Assembly (NCBI RefSeq): GCF_964213995.1
Contig: NC_135808.1
Coordinates: 23,622,001-23,686,000 of the forward strand
DNA from: Mustelus asterias
Taxonomy: Eukaryota
Direction: 5' to 3'
Length of the DNA: 64,000 bases
The translations under genes were made by a program, and so were the position numbers. A model generated the notes under the pieces. The model saw only the letters and a list, made by a program, of their open reading frames with translations. It was not told where the DNA came from and did not search any database. Positions 39,915 through 51,254 of the stretch are shown in pieces. Positions within the stretch are counted from its first letter, which is position 1, and each line of letters begins with the position of its first letter.

Positions 39915-42376
39915 TGATGTGGAGATGCCGGCGTTGGACTGGGGTAAACACAGTAAGAAGTTTAACAACACCAGGTTAAAGTCCAACAGGTTTATTTGGT
40001 AGCAAAAGCCACACAAGCTTTCGGGAACACAATGAGACAGCCAATGAACCGGAACAGCCGACAGAGAGATCCGCAGTGCATCCGAAGAGGAAAGAGTCGA
40101 ATTGGACTCCTCCGGAAGGCCGCTGCCCTCGACTTGACATGTATGCCCAAGCCGTCAGGAGGTGCGTCAACACCAAATTCATCAGCCGCACTCACAAGAC
40201 AGCCCCGAACATCACCCAAGCACAACGTAACGCCATCCACGCTCTCAAGACCAACCGCAACATTGTCATCAAACCAGCAGACAAAGGAGGGGCCATCGTC
40301 ATACTGAACAGAACGGATTACTGCAAAGAAGTGTACCAACAACTCAACAACGAGGAACACTACAGACAGTTACCTGCAGATCCGACCAAAGAACACACCC
40401 GTCAACTCAACACTCTGATCAAGACCTTTGATCCGGACCTTCAGAACACCCTCCGTGCTCTCATCCCACGTACTCCCCGCGTTGGAGATCTCTACTGCCT
40501 CCCGAAGATACACAAGGCAAACACACCCGGCCGTCCCATCGTATCGGGCAATGGGACCCTGTGCGAGAACCTCTCCGGCTATGTCGAGGGCATCCTGAAA
40601 CCCATTGTACAAAGAACCCCCAGCTTTTGTCGCGACACGACGGACTTCCTACAGAAACTCGGCACACATGGAGCAGTTGAACCAGGAGCGCTCCTCGTCA
40701 CAATGGATGTCTCAGCACTCTACACCAGCATCCCCCATGACGATGGCATTGCTGCAACGGACTCAGTGCTCAGCGCCAACAACTGCCAGTTTCCAGATGC
40801 AATTTTACATCTCATCCGCTTCATCCTGGACCACAATATCTTCACCTTCAACAGCCAGTTCTTCATCCAGACACACGGAACAGCCATGGGGACCAAATAT
40901 GCACCTCAATAAGCCAACATCTTCATGCACAGGTTCGAACAAGACTTCTTCACCGCACGGGACCTTCAACCGATGCTATACACTAGATACATCGATGACA
41001 TTTTCTTCCTTTGGACTCATGGTGAACAATCACTGAAACAACTCTATGATGACATCAACAAGTTCCATCCCACCATTAGGCTCACCATAGACTACTCTCC
41101 GGAATCGGTTGCATTCTCGGACACGCGCATCTCCATTAAGGACGGTCACCTCAGCACCTCACTGTACCGCAAGCCCACGGATAACCTCACGATGCTCCAC
41201 TACTCCAGCTTCCACCCTAAACACGTTAAAGAAGCCATTCCCTACGGACAAGCCCTCCGTATACAGAGGATCTGCTCAGATGAGGAGGATCGCAACAGAC
41301 ACCTCCAGACGCTGAAAGATGCCCTCATAAGAACAGGATATGGCGCTAGACTCATTGATCAACAGTTCCAACGCGCCACAGCGAAAAACCGCACCGACCT
41401 CCTCAGAAGACAAACACGGGACACAGTGGACAGAGTACCCTTCGTCGTCCAGTACTTCCCCGGAGCGGAGAAGCTAGGGCATCTCCTCCGGAGCCTTCAA
41501 CATGTCATTGATGAAGACGAACATCTCGCCAAGGCCATCCCCACACCCCCACTTCTTGCCTTCAAACAACCGCACAACCTCAAACAGACCATTGTCCGCA
41601 GCAAACTACCCAGCCTTCAGGAGAACAGTGACCAAGACACCACACAACCCTGCCACAGCAACCTCTGCAAGACGTGCCGGATCATCGACACAGATGCCAT
41701 CATCTCATGTGAGAACACCATCCACCAGGTACACGGTACATACTTTTGCAACTCGGCCAACGTTGTCTACCTGATACGCTGCAAGAAAGGATGTCCCGAG
41801 GCATGGTACATTGGGGAAACTATGCAGACGCTGCGACAACGGATGAATGAACACCGCTCGACAATCACCAGGCAAGACTGTTCTCTTCCTGTTGGGGAGC
41901 ACTTCAGCGGTCACGGGCATTCGGCCTCTGATATTCGGGTAAGCGTTCTCCAAGGCGGCCTTCGCGACACACGACAGCGCAGAGTCGCTGAGCAGAAACT
42001 GATAGCCAAGTTCCGCACACACAGGGACGGCCTCAACCGGGATATTGGGTTCATGTCACAATATTTGTAACTCCCACAGTTGCGTGGACCTGCAGAGTTT
42101 CACTGGCTGTCTTGTCTGGAGACAATACACATCTTTTTAGCCTGTCTTGATGCTCTCTCCACTCCCATTGTTTTGTTTCTTAAAGACTGGATTAGTTGTA
42201 AGTATTCGCATTCCAACCATTATTCATGTAAATTGAGTCTGTGTCTTTATAAATTCTGTTTGTGAACAGAATTCCCACTCACCTGAAGAAGGGGCTTAGA
42301 GCCTCGAAAGCTTGTGTGGCTTTTGCTACCAAATAAACCTGTTGGACTTTAACCTGGTGTTGTTAAACTTCTTACG
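39915..42376 (+). mobile_element. Penelope-like element (Neptune type) with inverted partial pLTR; RT and GIY-YIG, one premature stop at 40910-40912
   Basis: IKPADKG, GTAMG, RYIDDIF, Cys motif PCHSNLCKTC, VVYLIRC...WYIGET; 39915-40023 is an inverted copy of the pLTR end; TSD atattgtaatat at 39903-39914 and 42377-42388. Confidence 0.95.
42280..42316 (+). ncRNA. Minimal type I hammerhead ribozyme candidate
   Basis: CAC-CUGAAGA-A-GGGGC/uuaga/GCCUC-GAAAGCUU-GUG. Confidence 0.7.
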
Positions 42377-42579
42377 ATATTGTAATATCCCAGGATAAAC
42401 TGGGCCCATTCGTACTATAATATCCCAGGAGACAATGGGGCCTGTGGCACAGTAAAATCCCAGTAATCCCAATTCCTGTCCCCAAATGGTGGCACCATGG
42501 TATATAATGTATTGAAGATTAATATATCTTTCCCTTGCTCTGGATCCTGGGCCTCAGGCTGTCAGAGAATCAGAGAAAT

Positions 42580-42892
42580 ATAGAATCCATTCAGTACAGA
42601 AAGAAAGATGCCAATCAGCCCATCGAGCCTGCACCAACAACAATCCCACCCAGGCTCTATCCACGTGACCCCATGTGTTTACCCTGCTAATCCCCCTGAC
42701 ACTAACAGGCAATTTAGCATGGCCACTCTACCAAACCTGCACATCTTTGGACTGCGAGAGGAACCGGAGAACCTAGAGGAAACCCATGCAGGCACGGGGA
42801 GAATGTGCAAACTCCACATAGACAGCGGCCCAGGGCTGGAATTGAACCCGGATCCCTGGCGCTGTGAGGCAGCAGCGCTAATCACTGTGCCT
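42580..42892 (-). mobile_element. HE1-type SINE
   Basis: Reverse complement of the 47864 element. Confidence 0.85.
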
Positions 42893-42989
42893 CAAAGCCC
42901 TGTCCTCGGCTGACAGCTCAGCACTGACCCTCACTCCTGTGATCCTGGTCTGAGGCTGGGTCCTCTCTAACAGTGAGAAACAATCTTAC

Positions 42990-43253
42990 CGTAAATCACC
43001 ACAAGTGTCTCCTCCACCCCGCTGTGTTCCACCCGACAGGAATACTCGGCCTGGTCCTCTGGATCAAACTCTACCCATTTCCGGATCTGGTAGGTGCTGT
43101 CGTGATTGGGTAAGATCCCACTGCACAGAGTCTCATCAATCACCACTCCGTCTCTCCACAGATTCACCTCGATGGCCTGAGGGTAAAACCCGGTGACAGC
43201 ACAGGAAAGCCGGTTAGAATCACCCAGACGGGTAAAGGACACGACGGGGGCAA
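42990..43253 (-). pseudogene. MHC class I exon 4 (alpha3, C1-set Ig domain)
   Basis: 264 bp open: VAPVVSF...LSCAVTGFYPQAIEVNLW...ILPNHDSTYQ...YSCRVEHSG; canonical ag/gt. Confidence 0.95.
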
Positions 43254-43319
43254 CTGAGAGAGAAAGAAAGAGGAGTCAGTACAGGAACCTCGAGATAGAG
43301 AGTCCCGGCATCACCCCCT

Positions 43320-44488
43320 TCACGGACTCTCACTCCCCCCTCACCCACCGACTCTCACTCCCCACCTCACTCACTGACTCTCGCTTCCCCCCTCACTCAC
43401 CGACTCTCACTCCCCCCTCACTCACCGACTCTCACTCCCCCCTCACTCACCGACTCTCACTCCCCCCTCACTCACCGACTCGCACTCCCCCTCACTCACC
43501 GACTCTCACTCCCCCCTCACTCACCGACTCTCACTCCCCCCTCACTCACCGACTCTCACTCCCCCCTCACTCACCGACTCGCACTCCCCCCTCACTCACC
43601 GACTCGCACTCCCCCCTCACTCACCGACTCGCACTCCCCCCTCACTCACCGACTCGCACTCCCCCCTCACTCACCGACTCGCACTCCCCCCTCACTCACC
43701 GACTCGCACTCCCCGCTCACTCACCGACTCTCACTCCCGACTCTCACTCCCCCCTCACTCACCGACTCTCACTCCCCCATCACTCACCGACTCTCACTCC
43801 CACCTCACTCACCGACTCTCACTCCCCCCTCACTCACCGACTCTCACTCCCCCCTCACTCACCGACTCTCACTCCCCCCTCCCTCACCGACTCTCAATCC
43901 GCCCTCTCACTCACCGACTCTCACTCCCTCCTCACTCACCGACTCTCACTCCCTCCCTCACTCACCGACTCTCACTCCCCCCTCACTCACCGACTCTCAC
44001 TCCCCCCTCACTCACTGACTCTCACTCCCCCCCTCACTCACCGACTCTCACTCCCCCCTCACTCACTGACTCTCACTCCTCCCTCACTCACTGACTCTCA
44101 CTCCTCCCTCACTCACCGACTCTCACTCTCCCCTCACTCACCGACTCTCACTCTCCCCTCACTCACCGGCTCTCACTCCCCCCTCACTCACCCCCCCCTC
44201 ACTCACCGACTCTCACTCCCCCCTCACTCAGCGACTCTTGCTCCCCCCTCACTCACCGACTCTCACTCCCCCCTCATCACCGACTCTCACTCCCCCCTCA
44301 CTCACCGACTCTTACTCCCCCCTCACTCACCGACTCTCACTCCCTCCTCACTCACCGACTCTCACTCCCCCCCCTCACTCACCGACTCTCACTCCCTCCT
44401 CACTCACCGACTCTCACTCTCCCCCTCACTCACCGACTCTCACTCCCCCCTCACTCACCGACTCTCACTCCCCCCTCACTCACCGACT
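43320..44488. repeat. 25-bp minisatellite, about 46 copies, filling MHC intron 3
   Basis: Unit ctcactcccccctcactcaccgact. Confidence 0.95.
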
Positions 44489-44754
44489 GTCAGTAATTTT
44501 TGTCCGTACTCCAGATATTTCCTCAGCCACTCGATACACTCCACTTCCAGGTAACGTTTCCATCACTGGTTAATGCCCGTGCTGCCCTCCCACTTTTGTT
44601 TGGTGATCTCTCCCCAAGGGACGGGGGTCACCCACACCAGAAGATCCTTATCAAAACTGATAAAATCTCGTCCATCCCACCCGTACTGGTTGAATCCAGT
44701 CGTATTCCCATCATCACAGGTCACAGCCGGTCATCAGCTGGTGTATGTGGATCC
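44484..44754 (-). pseudogene. MHC class I exon 3 (alpha2), inactivated
   Basis: GIHIHQLMTGCDL/DDGNTTGFNQYGWDGRDFISFD...WGEITKQKW...Q*WKRYLEVECIEWLRKYLEYG; 271 bp (2-bp deletion) plus an in-frame TGA. Confidence 0.95.
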
Positions 44755-45090
44755 CTGTGGATTAGAAAGATAACCTGCCAATCAGGGCCAGTCCCAATAA
44801 AAGCTGCACTCACCATGAAACAACCCAAATAGATCCGTTCCCACTGGAGGTCCAGCCACCACACACACACACACACACACACACACAGCCAATCCGGCCC
44901 CATCCAACTGGAGGCAAAGCCACCAAACACACACAATCAGATTCAGTCGACCAACAGACCTTACAGAGCCATGCACAACCTCAGTTAATCAGACCCCAGT
45001 CCCAGATCCTGATCCGCTCCCAGTTTCTCCCACTCTGACCCAGACGCCCTGCATCCTGAGAAAGAGGCTGAGTGCTGGGAGTTTGAAGAC

Positions 45091-45351
45091 CTCCCGACTG
45101 GTTGGTTCGATACATGAGGGTCTGAATATTATCTTTGAAACATCGTTCCACCTCCTGTGCGAGCTTCTTCTTCTGTTCCCAGGACTCAAACCCCTCGCTC
45201 TCCACCATCCACTGCTCCCGGGGGATCAGCTCCCTCCGATCGCTGTCGTACACAACAAACTGGACACCGTCCACATAACCGACACCCACAAACTCCGGGA
45301 AATCCGGGATCGGAGTCATTCCCGTGAAGAAATACCGGAGAGAGTGAGAGC
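45091..45351 (-). pseudogene. MHC class I exon 2 (alpha1)
   Basis: 261 bp open: GSHSLRYFFTGMT...FVGVGYVDGVQFVVYDSD...RTNQSG; weak donor GTCTTC. Confidence 0.95.
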
Positions 45352-45587
45352 CTGAAATAGAGAGAGAGACATCATGGTATGTACCCCAAAACATTAATTT
45401 TAAACTGAGAGCAAGATCTCCACCCAGCCTGGCATTGCCCCTCTCACACCCCATCACTCACTGACCCAGGGTTAATGCCCCAGTACCCAGCCAGGCATTG
45501 CCCCTCTCACACCCCATCACTCACTGACCCAGGGTTCATGCCCCAGTACCCAGCCAGGCATTGCCCCTCTCACACCCCATCACTCAC

Positions 45588-45636
45588 CTGCAGACACCTC
45601 TCCACACAAAAGGACCAGCTCTATCAGTCCAATCAT
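45588..45636 (-). pseudogene. MHC class I exon 1 (signal peptide)
   Basis: MIGLIELVLLCGEVSA-G|GTGAGT, phase 1, splices in frame to SHSLRY. Confidence 0.9.
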
Positions 45637-45745
45637 TGCTGCTTCCCTCATGTTGGGGAAACATTTGGAGGAAACTCTTTTTCAAAGAAAGGCCATTTTC
45701 TCAACTCACTCCTTCTGTCTTTCCCTGTTTACACTGAGCCTCAAT

Positions 45746-45812
45746 CTGATTGGACACAAAATAGGGCTGAACCAATCAGAATAAAGAGATTCAGTGAGTC
45801 ATCAGTCTCCGG
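45746..45812 (-). promoter_or_regulatory. Proximal MHC X1-X2-Y module plus CCAAT box
   Basis: Minus strand CCGGAGACTGATG/TGACTCA, 20 nt, CTGATTGGTT, then CCAAT; matches MHC X-Y consensus and spacing. Confidence 0.8.
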
Positions 45813-45826
45813 CAGAATAGACACAA

Positions 45827-46001
45827 TGTGGAGATGCCGGCGTTGGACTGGGGTGAACACAGTAAGAAGTCTCACAACACCAGGTTAAAGTCCAACAGGT
45901 TTATTTGGGAGCAAATATCATAAGCTTTCGGAGCGCTGCTCCTTCGTCAGACGGAGTGACCACTGTTGGACTTTAACCTGGTGTTGTGAGACTTCTTACT
46001 G
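45827..46001. mobile_element. 175-bp Penelope pLTR-only insertion with inverted arms
   Basis: Inverted pLTR pieces; 13-bp TSD agaatagacacaa at 45814-45826 and 46002-46014. Confidence 0.9.
45919..45953 (-). ncRNA. Minimal type I hammerhead ribozyme candidate
   Basis: Minus strand CGU-CUGACGA-A-GGAGC/agc/GCUCC-GAAAGCUU-AUG. Confidence 0.68.
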
Positions 46002-46016
46002 AGAATAGACACAAAC

Positions 46017-46022
46017 AGGTTG
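46017..46022 (-). promoter_or_regulatory. Class I-type S box (CAACCT), displaced by the Penelope insertion
   Basis: Removing the insert and one TSD places CAACCT 16 nt from the X1 box. Confidence 0.65.
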
Positions 46023-46049
46023 CGAAACTGCCTCAAGGTTTAGAACTGT

Positions 46050-46091
46050 CCAATCAGATAAATACAGCTGCTGACATCATCAGTTGCCGGG
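46050..46091 (-). promoter_or_regulatory. Second (distal) X1-X2-Y module
   Basis: CCGGCAACTGATG/TGATGTCA, 20 nt, CTGATTGG. Confidence 0.75.
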
Positions 46092-46282
46092 TCGAATCAG
46101 CTGAAAGGAGTTTGATCCAGTGACAGAGGGAAGGACATTAAGAACAGCAGCAGGTCTGAGCGAACCATTCAGTGAGATCACTGCTGATCTGGACCCCAGT
46201 TTCTGACTATAAACCATATCCTCAGATATCATTACCCAATAAAAATCTGTCACTCTGAGATTGAAAAGCTCCAATTGTTAAA

Positions 46283-46630
46283 TCTTAGAATCTTAGAATC
46301 TTAGAAACCCTACAGCACAGAGAGAGGCCATTCGGCCCATTGAGTCTGCACCGACCACAATCCCACCCAGGCCCTACCCCCATATCCCTACATATTTACC
46401 CACTAATCCCTCTAACCTACGCATCCCAGGATACTAAGGGCAATTTTAGCATGGCCAATCAACCTAACCTGCACATCTTTGGGCTGTGGGAGGAAACCGG
46501 AGCACCCGGAGGAAACCCACGCAGACACGAAGAGAATGTGCAAACTCCACACAGACAGCGACCCGAGCCGGGAATCGAACCCAGGTCCCTGGAGCTGTGA
46601 AGCAGCAGTGCTAACCACTGTGCTACCGTG
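46283..46630 (-). mobile_element. HE1 SINE, absent from the copy A paralogue
   Basis: Near-full SINE with (ttctaaga)n tail; flanks match 17880-17960 once it is removed. Confidence 0.88.
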
Positions 46631-47863
46631 AAAATAACTTTTTATTGTGGAGAGACTGGATGTGGATTCCACACTGCTGAATTATTTTAGCATTCTAAAC
46701 AGATCGATCAGATCACCCATCAACATTCTAAAAGCTGGGGAATAAAAACCCCTTTTATTTCACCTCCTTTTATTATTCTGGTGATCAGAACTGCACCCCC
46801 TCCAAGACCAATCTCCCCTTCCTGAGGTGTGGTGTCCAGAACTGAACACACTGACTCCAGAAAGTGTCTGACCAAGACTCTGTTAAACTGAAGCTTCACT
46901 TCCATCACTTTATATACCAGCCCCCTCCAGATAAAGTTCAATGTGCCCTTAGAGAGAATGGTGAAATGGGCAGACACAAATACAATGCAGAGAAGCGTTT
47001 TAAGTGATGCAGTTTGAAGGGAAGAAAATAAACAGTTAATCTAAACTGAATGGGACGGTTATAAAGGGATTGTGGGAACAGAGAGACCTGAGTGAATATG
47101 ATGGTGGCAGGAAGGTGTGATAAGACTATTAAAGAAGCATCTGGACCCCATTGCTTTATAAATAGCAGCACAGATTACAAAAGCAAGGAGGTTGTGGAAT
47201 TGCATGAACTAAAGAATAGCATGATGGGAAAATTGGTACAATATAAGAAAGACTGACTCTGCAGAACATAAAACATGACTGACCTCCATGTAAATCTGAT
47301 AAAGCTGACTTCATATAACTTATGACGTGAATGAGATCAGTGAAGGTCAAGCTCTTCCAATTTCCTGACCTCTAAGGCCCGATAAGATTGATTCCTCATA
47401 GCCTAAGACTAGAGGAGTAAATAAAACAAGATAAGGTCAGGGATGACAGAAATCACCGAACTTCGTCTGTTACATCAATGGGCAAGATAAGGGTTTGAAT
47501 GATGCGACAAAAGGTTCTGGGAGGTCAACAGGTTATAACATGATTAATGGTATTGCTTATACTTCTATTAATGATCGAATTCCTGAATAAGCTGTGGTCA
47601 CGCTAACTGATAATGATTATGTATAAATACTGAACTGTTTCTTTCTGTAAGCGTGGACTTGGGGAGGAATTAGCATGTTATAATAACTGCTCTCTGAACC
47701 CAAATTTCAGCCAAAAACTGCATGCAGTCTTTTCGTAAATAAAGGCTTGTTATTTTGTCTGAACTAACATTGTTGAGTTTTTCTATCACAGTCAAGAAGC
47801 AGGAAAGTTTCCACTTCAACAAGGTCACGCTGAACATTAATGAACTATTGGTTAGATTGATTG

Positions 47864-48203
47864 GGGCGGCACGGTAGCACAGTGGTTAGCACTGCTGCTT
47901 CACAGCTCCAGGGTCCCGGGTTCGATTCCCGGCTCGGGTCACTGTCTGTGTGGAGTTTGCACATTCTCCTTGTGTCTGCGTGGGTTTCCTCCGGGTGCTC
48001 CGGTTTCCTCCCACAGTCCAAAGATGTGCGGGTTAGGTTGATTGGCCAGGTTAAAAATTGTCCCTTAGAGTCCTGAGATGCGTAGGTTAGAGGGATTAGC
48101 GGGTAAATGTGTGGGGGTAGGGCCTGGGTGGGATTGTGGTCGGTGCAGACTCGATGGGCCGAATGGCCTCCTTCTGCACTGTAGGGTTTCTATGATTCTA
48201 TGA
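47864..48203 (+). mobile_element. Full-length HE1 SINE (tRNA head, CR1/HER1-derived tail)
   Basis: A box tagcacagtgg, B box ggttcgattcc, tail gggccgaatggcctccttctgcactgt...(ttctatga)n. Confidence 0.92.
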
Positions 48204-49237
48204 TCCCAGCTGAAGCATTGTGTCCACTTCTGGTCACAATGTTTCAGGAAGGATGTCGAGGCCTTGGAGAGGGTGCAGAGGAAATTTGGTGAAATATTGG
48301 AGATGAGAAACTTCTGACTGACAGTAGGAGTAATTCAATGTGTTGAGACAATCATATCTTCCAAAAACAAACGTGGAAAGGCATTGCATTATCTGGGTAA
48401 TGGATAATGACCTGCATTTTTTTTTAAGAAGGCCATAGGTTCTCCTTGGACAGGGAGCCAGCCTGTCTTCACCTGAGCTGTGTGGTACTTGAGGAAGAGA
48501 TGTTTGTTTGTTCTGAACTGGAATCACTTTAATTGATGGGGAATAAAATGGAAAAACAGAGGCTCGTGATGATCTGGAAATCACATGGCAGGGACAGACT
48601 TTAAGTTTTGAACCTGTTGGTTTTGAACTCAGTCTCTTTGGGGAATAAGTTGAGAAATTGAGACAGCCCGACCTGATTCTCTCTCTGCCTTGCCTCAAGT
48701 TGTGTCTGGTTCACAACCTGCTGCCAGAGAATCCTCATCTGAGTGTCACCTGTCTGCATTTTGGGCCTGCAAAGCTGAAACAGGAAGAATTGGTCCAGAT
48801 CCATATTCTCCTCCGCGCCAATGCTCTGTTGGTGTGAAACTCCAGACATCCACTGGTCTTCAGATGAGTGAACACCAGCTCAACAGCATTGAACCCTTTC
48901 AAACTTTATTCTTCATTTTAAAAAAGCCTATCCTCCAAAGGCCGTCTCTGCATAGAGACCCGATCTGGTTGTTCTTTAATTGCACAGAAGTTGAGAGCAA
49001 TGTATTTGCATGAATAGAGGATTGGCTAATGGACAGGAAACATTGATTTGGCATAAATGGGGCATTTACAAGTTGGCCAACTGTGACTAGTGGAGTGTCA
49101 CTAGGATCAGTGCTGGGACAATTAGTCATTTACAATCTTTATGTGTGACTCAGACCAAGAGACAGAGTGTGATGGATCTAAATTTGCAGCAGCTACAAAG
49201 TTAGGTGGAAATGAGGAGAGATTGAGTCGGTTGGGAT

Positions 49238-50098
49238 TGTGATGTTAGTGTACCTTTAAGAAAGTTTTTTTTAAAATCATGATCTCTGCAACTCTTACAT
49301 CTTCAATATTTTCTCAGCTCACAGCCTCAGCTGATGTCATTTGCTGCTGGTTTGATTGGAGATGTCCTTTTATTGCTACTTCAATTGCTTAAATGGGTCT
49401 GTTTATTTTAACTCTGGGTTGTTTTGTGATTCTGCATTGCTAGGAGGATGGTCATGTGTTTTTGGACAGTTATTTTTCTTTCCAGTGAATTTAAGGTTTC
49501 ATTTTCTGTTTGGCTGCAGTGAGAGTTGAGTTTTAGAAGGGGAGCAAGCTGAAAAGAAGTGTCTCTCTCTCTCTCTCTGGTTTTGGAAATTCTGCTTGTC
49601 AGCTGAAAGCAAGGTCTTGTCTTTCTGAAGGGGGGAAATCAGCTGTTGGTGGCTTGCCGAGAGTCCCTGGTGTTTGTGGAAGCTGTTCAGACTTCAAACT
49701 GTTTTGAGTCTATCCAGGGAACTGCAGACTTCATCCAAAGGACTCAAGTCCAGTATCACATGAGCATTAGACTTTGCTGTGTTAACCCCGTGAACAGGGT
49801 ATTTTGTCTACGGGATTGGTTTGATTGGAACACATTCGATATATTTGTTAAGGATGATATATTATAGTGGTTGTTTTGTTTCTTGTTTGTAACTGATGAG
49901 TTCTTGCTAATTTTCTGACTGTACAGATTAACTATATTCTTAAATAAACGTTGTTTGATAAAAGCTCCCCAGTGGGTCATTTGAATCATATCTGAAGGGA
50001 AGCCTATCATGATTTTCCTTGCCAAGTTGATGATGCAAAACTTATGATCCAGGTGAGCTCCATAAATCCCTTTCTAGTTTCTGACCTCAAGCATAACA
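49238..50098 (+). mobile_element. Solo-LTR-like insertion within an old CR1 fragment
   Basis: TGT...ACA ends, AATAAA near 49943; absent from the paralogous sequence at ~18380. Confidence 0.6.
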
Positions 50099-50949
50099 GA
50101 TTTGCTAGAGTTAAGAAGAATGAGGGGCATCTCATAGAAACCTATCAAATTGTAACAGGAAGAGACAGAGCAGGTGCAGGAAGGATGGTGGGGGAGTCCA
50201 GAACCATGGGTTGTCCTCTAAAGATAAAGGGTAAACCATTGAGGACTGAGATGAAGAGAAATATCTTCACCCAGATAGCGATAAGCCTGTGGAATTCATT
50301 ACCACAACAAGCAATTGAGGCTAAAACATTGTTTATTTTCAAGAAGGAAGGGCGAAGGGGATCAATGGTGGAGACTGGATCAGGCTATTAAGTTGGAAGA
50401 TCAGCCATGATAATAATCAATGGCAGAGCAGGATTGTAGGGCCGAATGGCCTACTCCTGTTCCTCTTTTCTATGTTTCTATGAAACGCAAACTGTATGGA
50501 GGACATGGAGAGAGCTGCAAAGTGATGTGGAGAAGTTAATCAAATGGGCTGCAAGGTGGTAGATGGAGTGTAATGTGGGTGGATGTGGGGGTTAGACTGT
50601 GTCCCCGTACGGATGTCACTCTGCTAAACCAGCCTGCTAGTAGACCTTTACATTGAAGCAAGCCCATCCTTCACCAAGAGCGTCCCACTTTGCTACACCA
50701 TGCAAGGGAGAAATAAAGAGAGGGCAGAGTGAGAAACAGAGTCAGAGTGAGTCTTGACTGTGAGGCACAGATGATCAAACAAAGTATTGGTTCCAGGAAA
50801 CCTTGTAAAGTCTGTTTCTTACCTAAAAAAAAGTTCTATCGAAGAGGCAGTCGCATCTCTTTGTGATATTGTTTCGGAGACAAGCACAGTATTAATCTCA
50901 CACTCAGCCTCCCTAACCTGTTGAAATATCTGCAGGTTTGAAATGTTTT

Positions 50950-51254
50950 TTAAAGTTTATTTTAAAGTTAGTTATTAGTCACAAGTATGCTTCCATTAAC
51001 ACTGCAATGAAGTTACTGTGAAAATCCTCTAGTTGCCACACTGCGGTGCATGTTCGGGTACACTGAGGGAGAATTTAGCATGGCCAATGCACCTGAGCAG
51101 CACATCTTTCAGACTGTGGGAGGAAACCAGAGCACCCGGAGGAAACCCACGCAGACACGTGCAAACTCCGCACAGACAATGACCCGAAGCCGGAATTGAA
51201 TCCCGGACCCTTGCGCTATGAGGCAGCGCTAACCACTTGCCATCATGCTGCCCA
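50950..51254 (-). mobile_element. tRNA-derived SINE (39043 subfamily)
   Basis: Reverse complement match. Confidence 0.85.

Larger units (their letters stand above)
24633..45636 (-). pseudogene. MHC class I heavy-chain pseudogene (copy B), 7 coding exons, probably a nonclassical shark lineage
   Basis: Exons 45588-45636, 45091-45351, 44484-44754, 42990-43253, 25882-25986, 25362-25394, 24633-24680, all joined in phase 1; frameshift and stop in exon 3; mutated acceptors at exons 6 and 7. Confidence 0.9.

Noticed and set aside
43193-44554. 453-aa repetitive ORF
   Set aside because: Translation of the 25-bp minisatellite, antisense to the MHC intron.
47864-47945. tRNA gene
   Set aside because: tRNA-derived head of a multi-copy SINE that continues into SINE body and tail.
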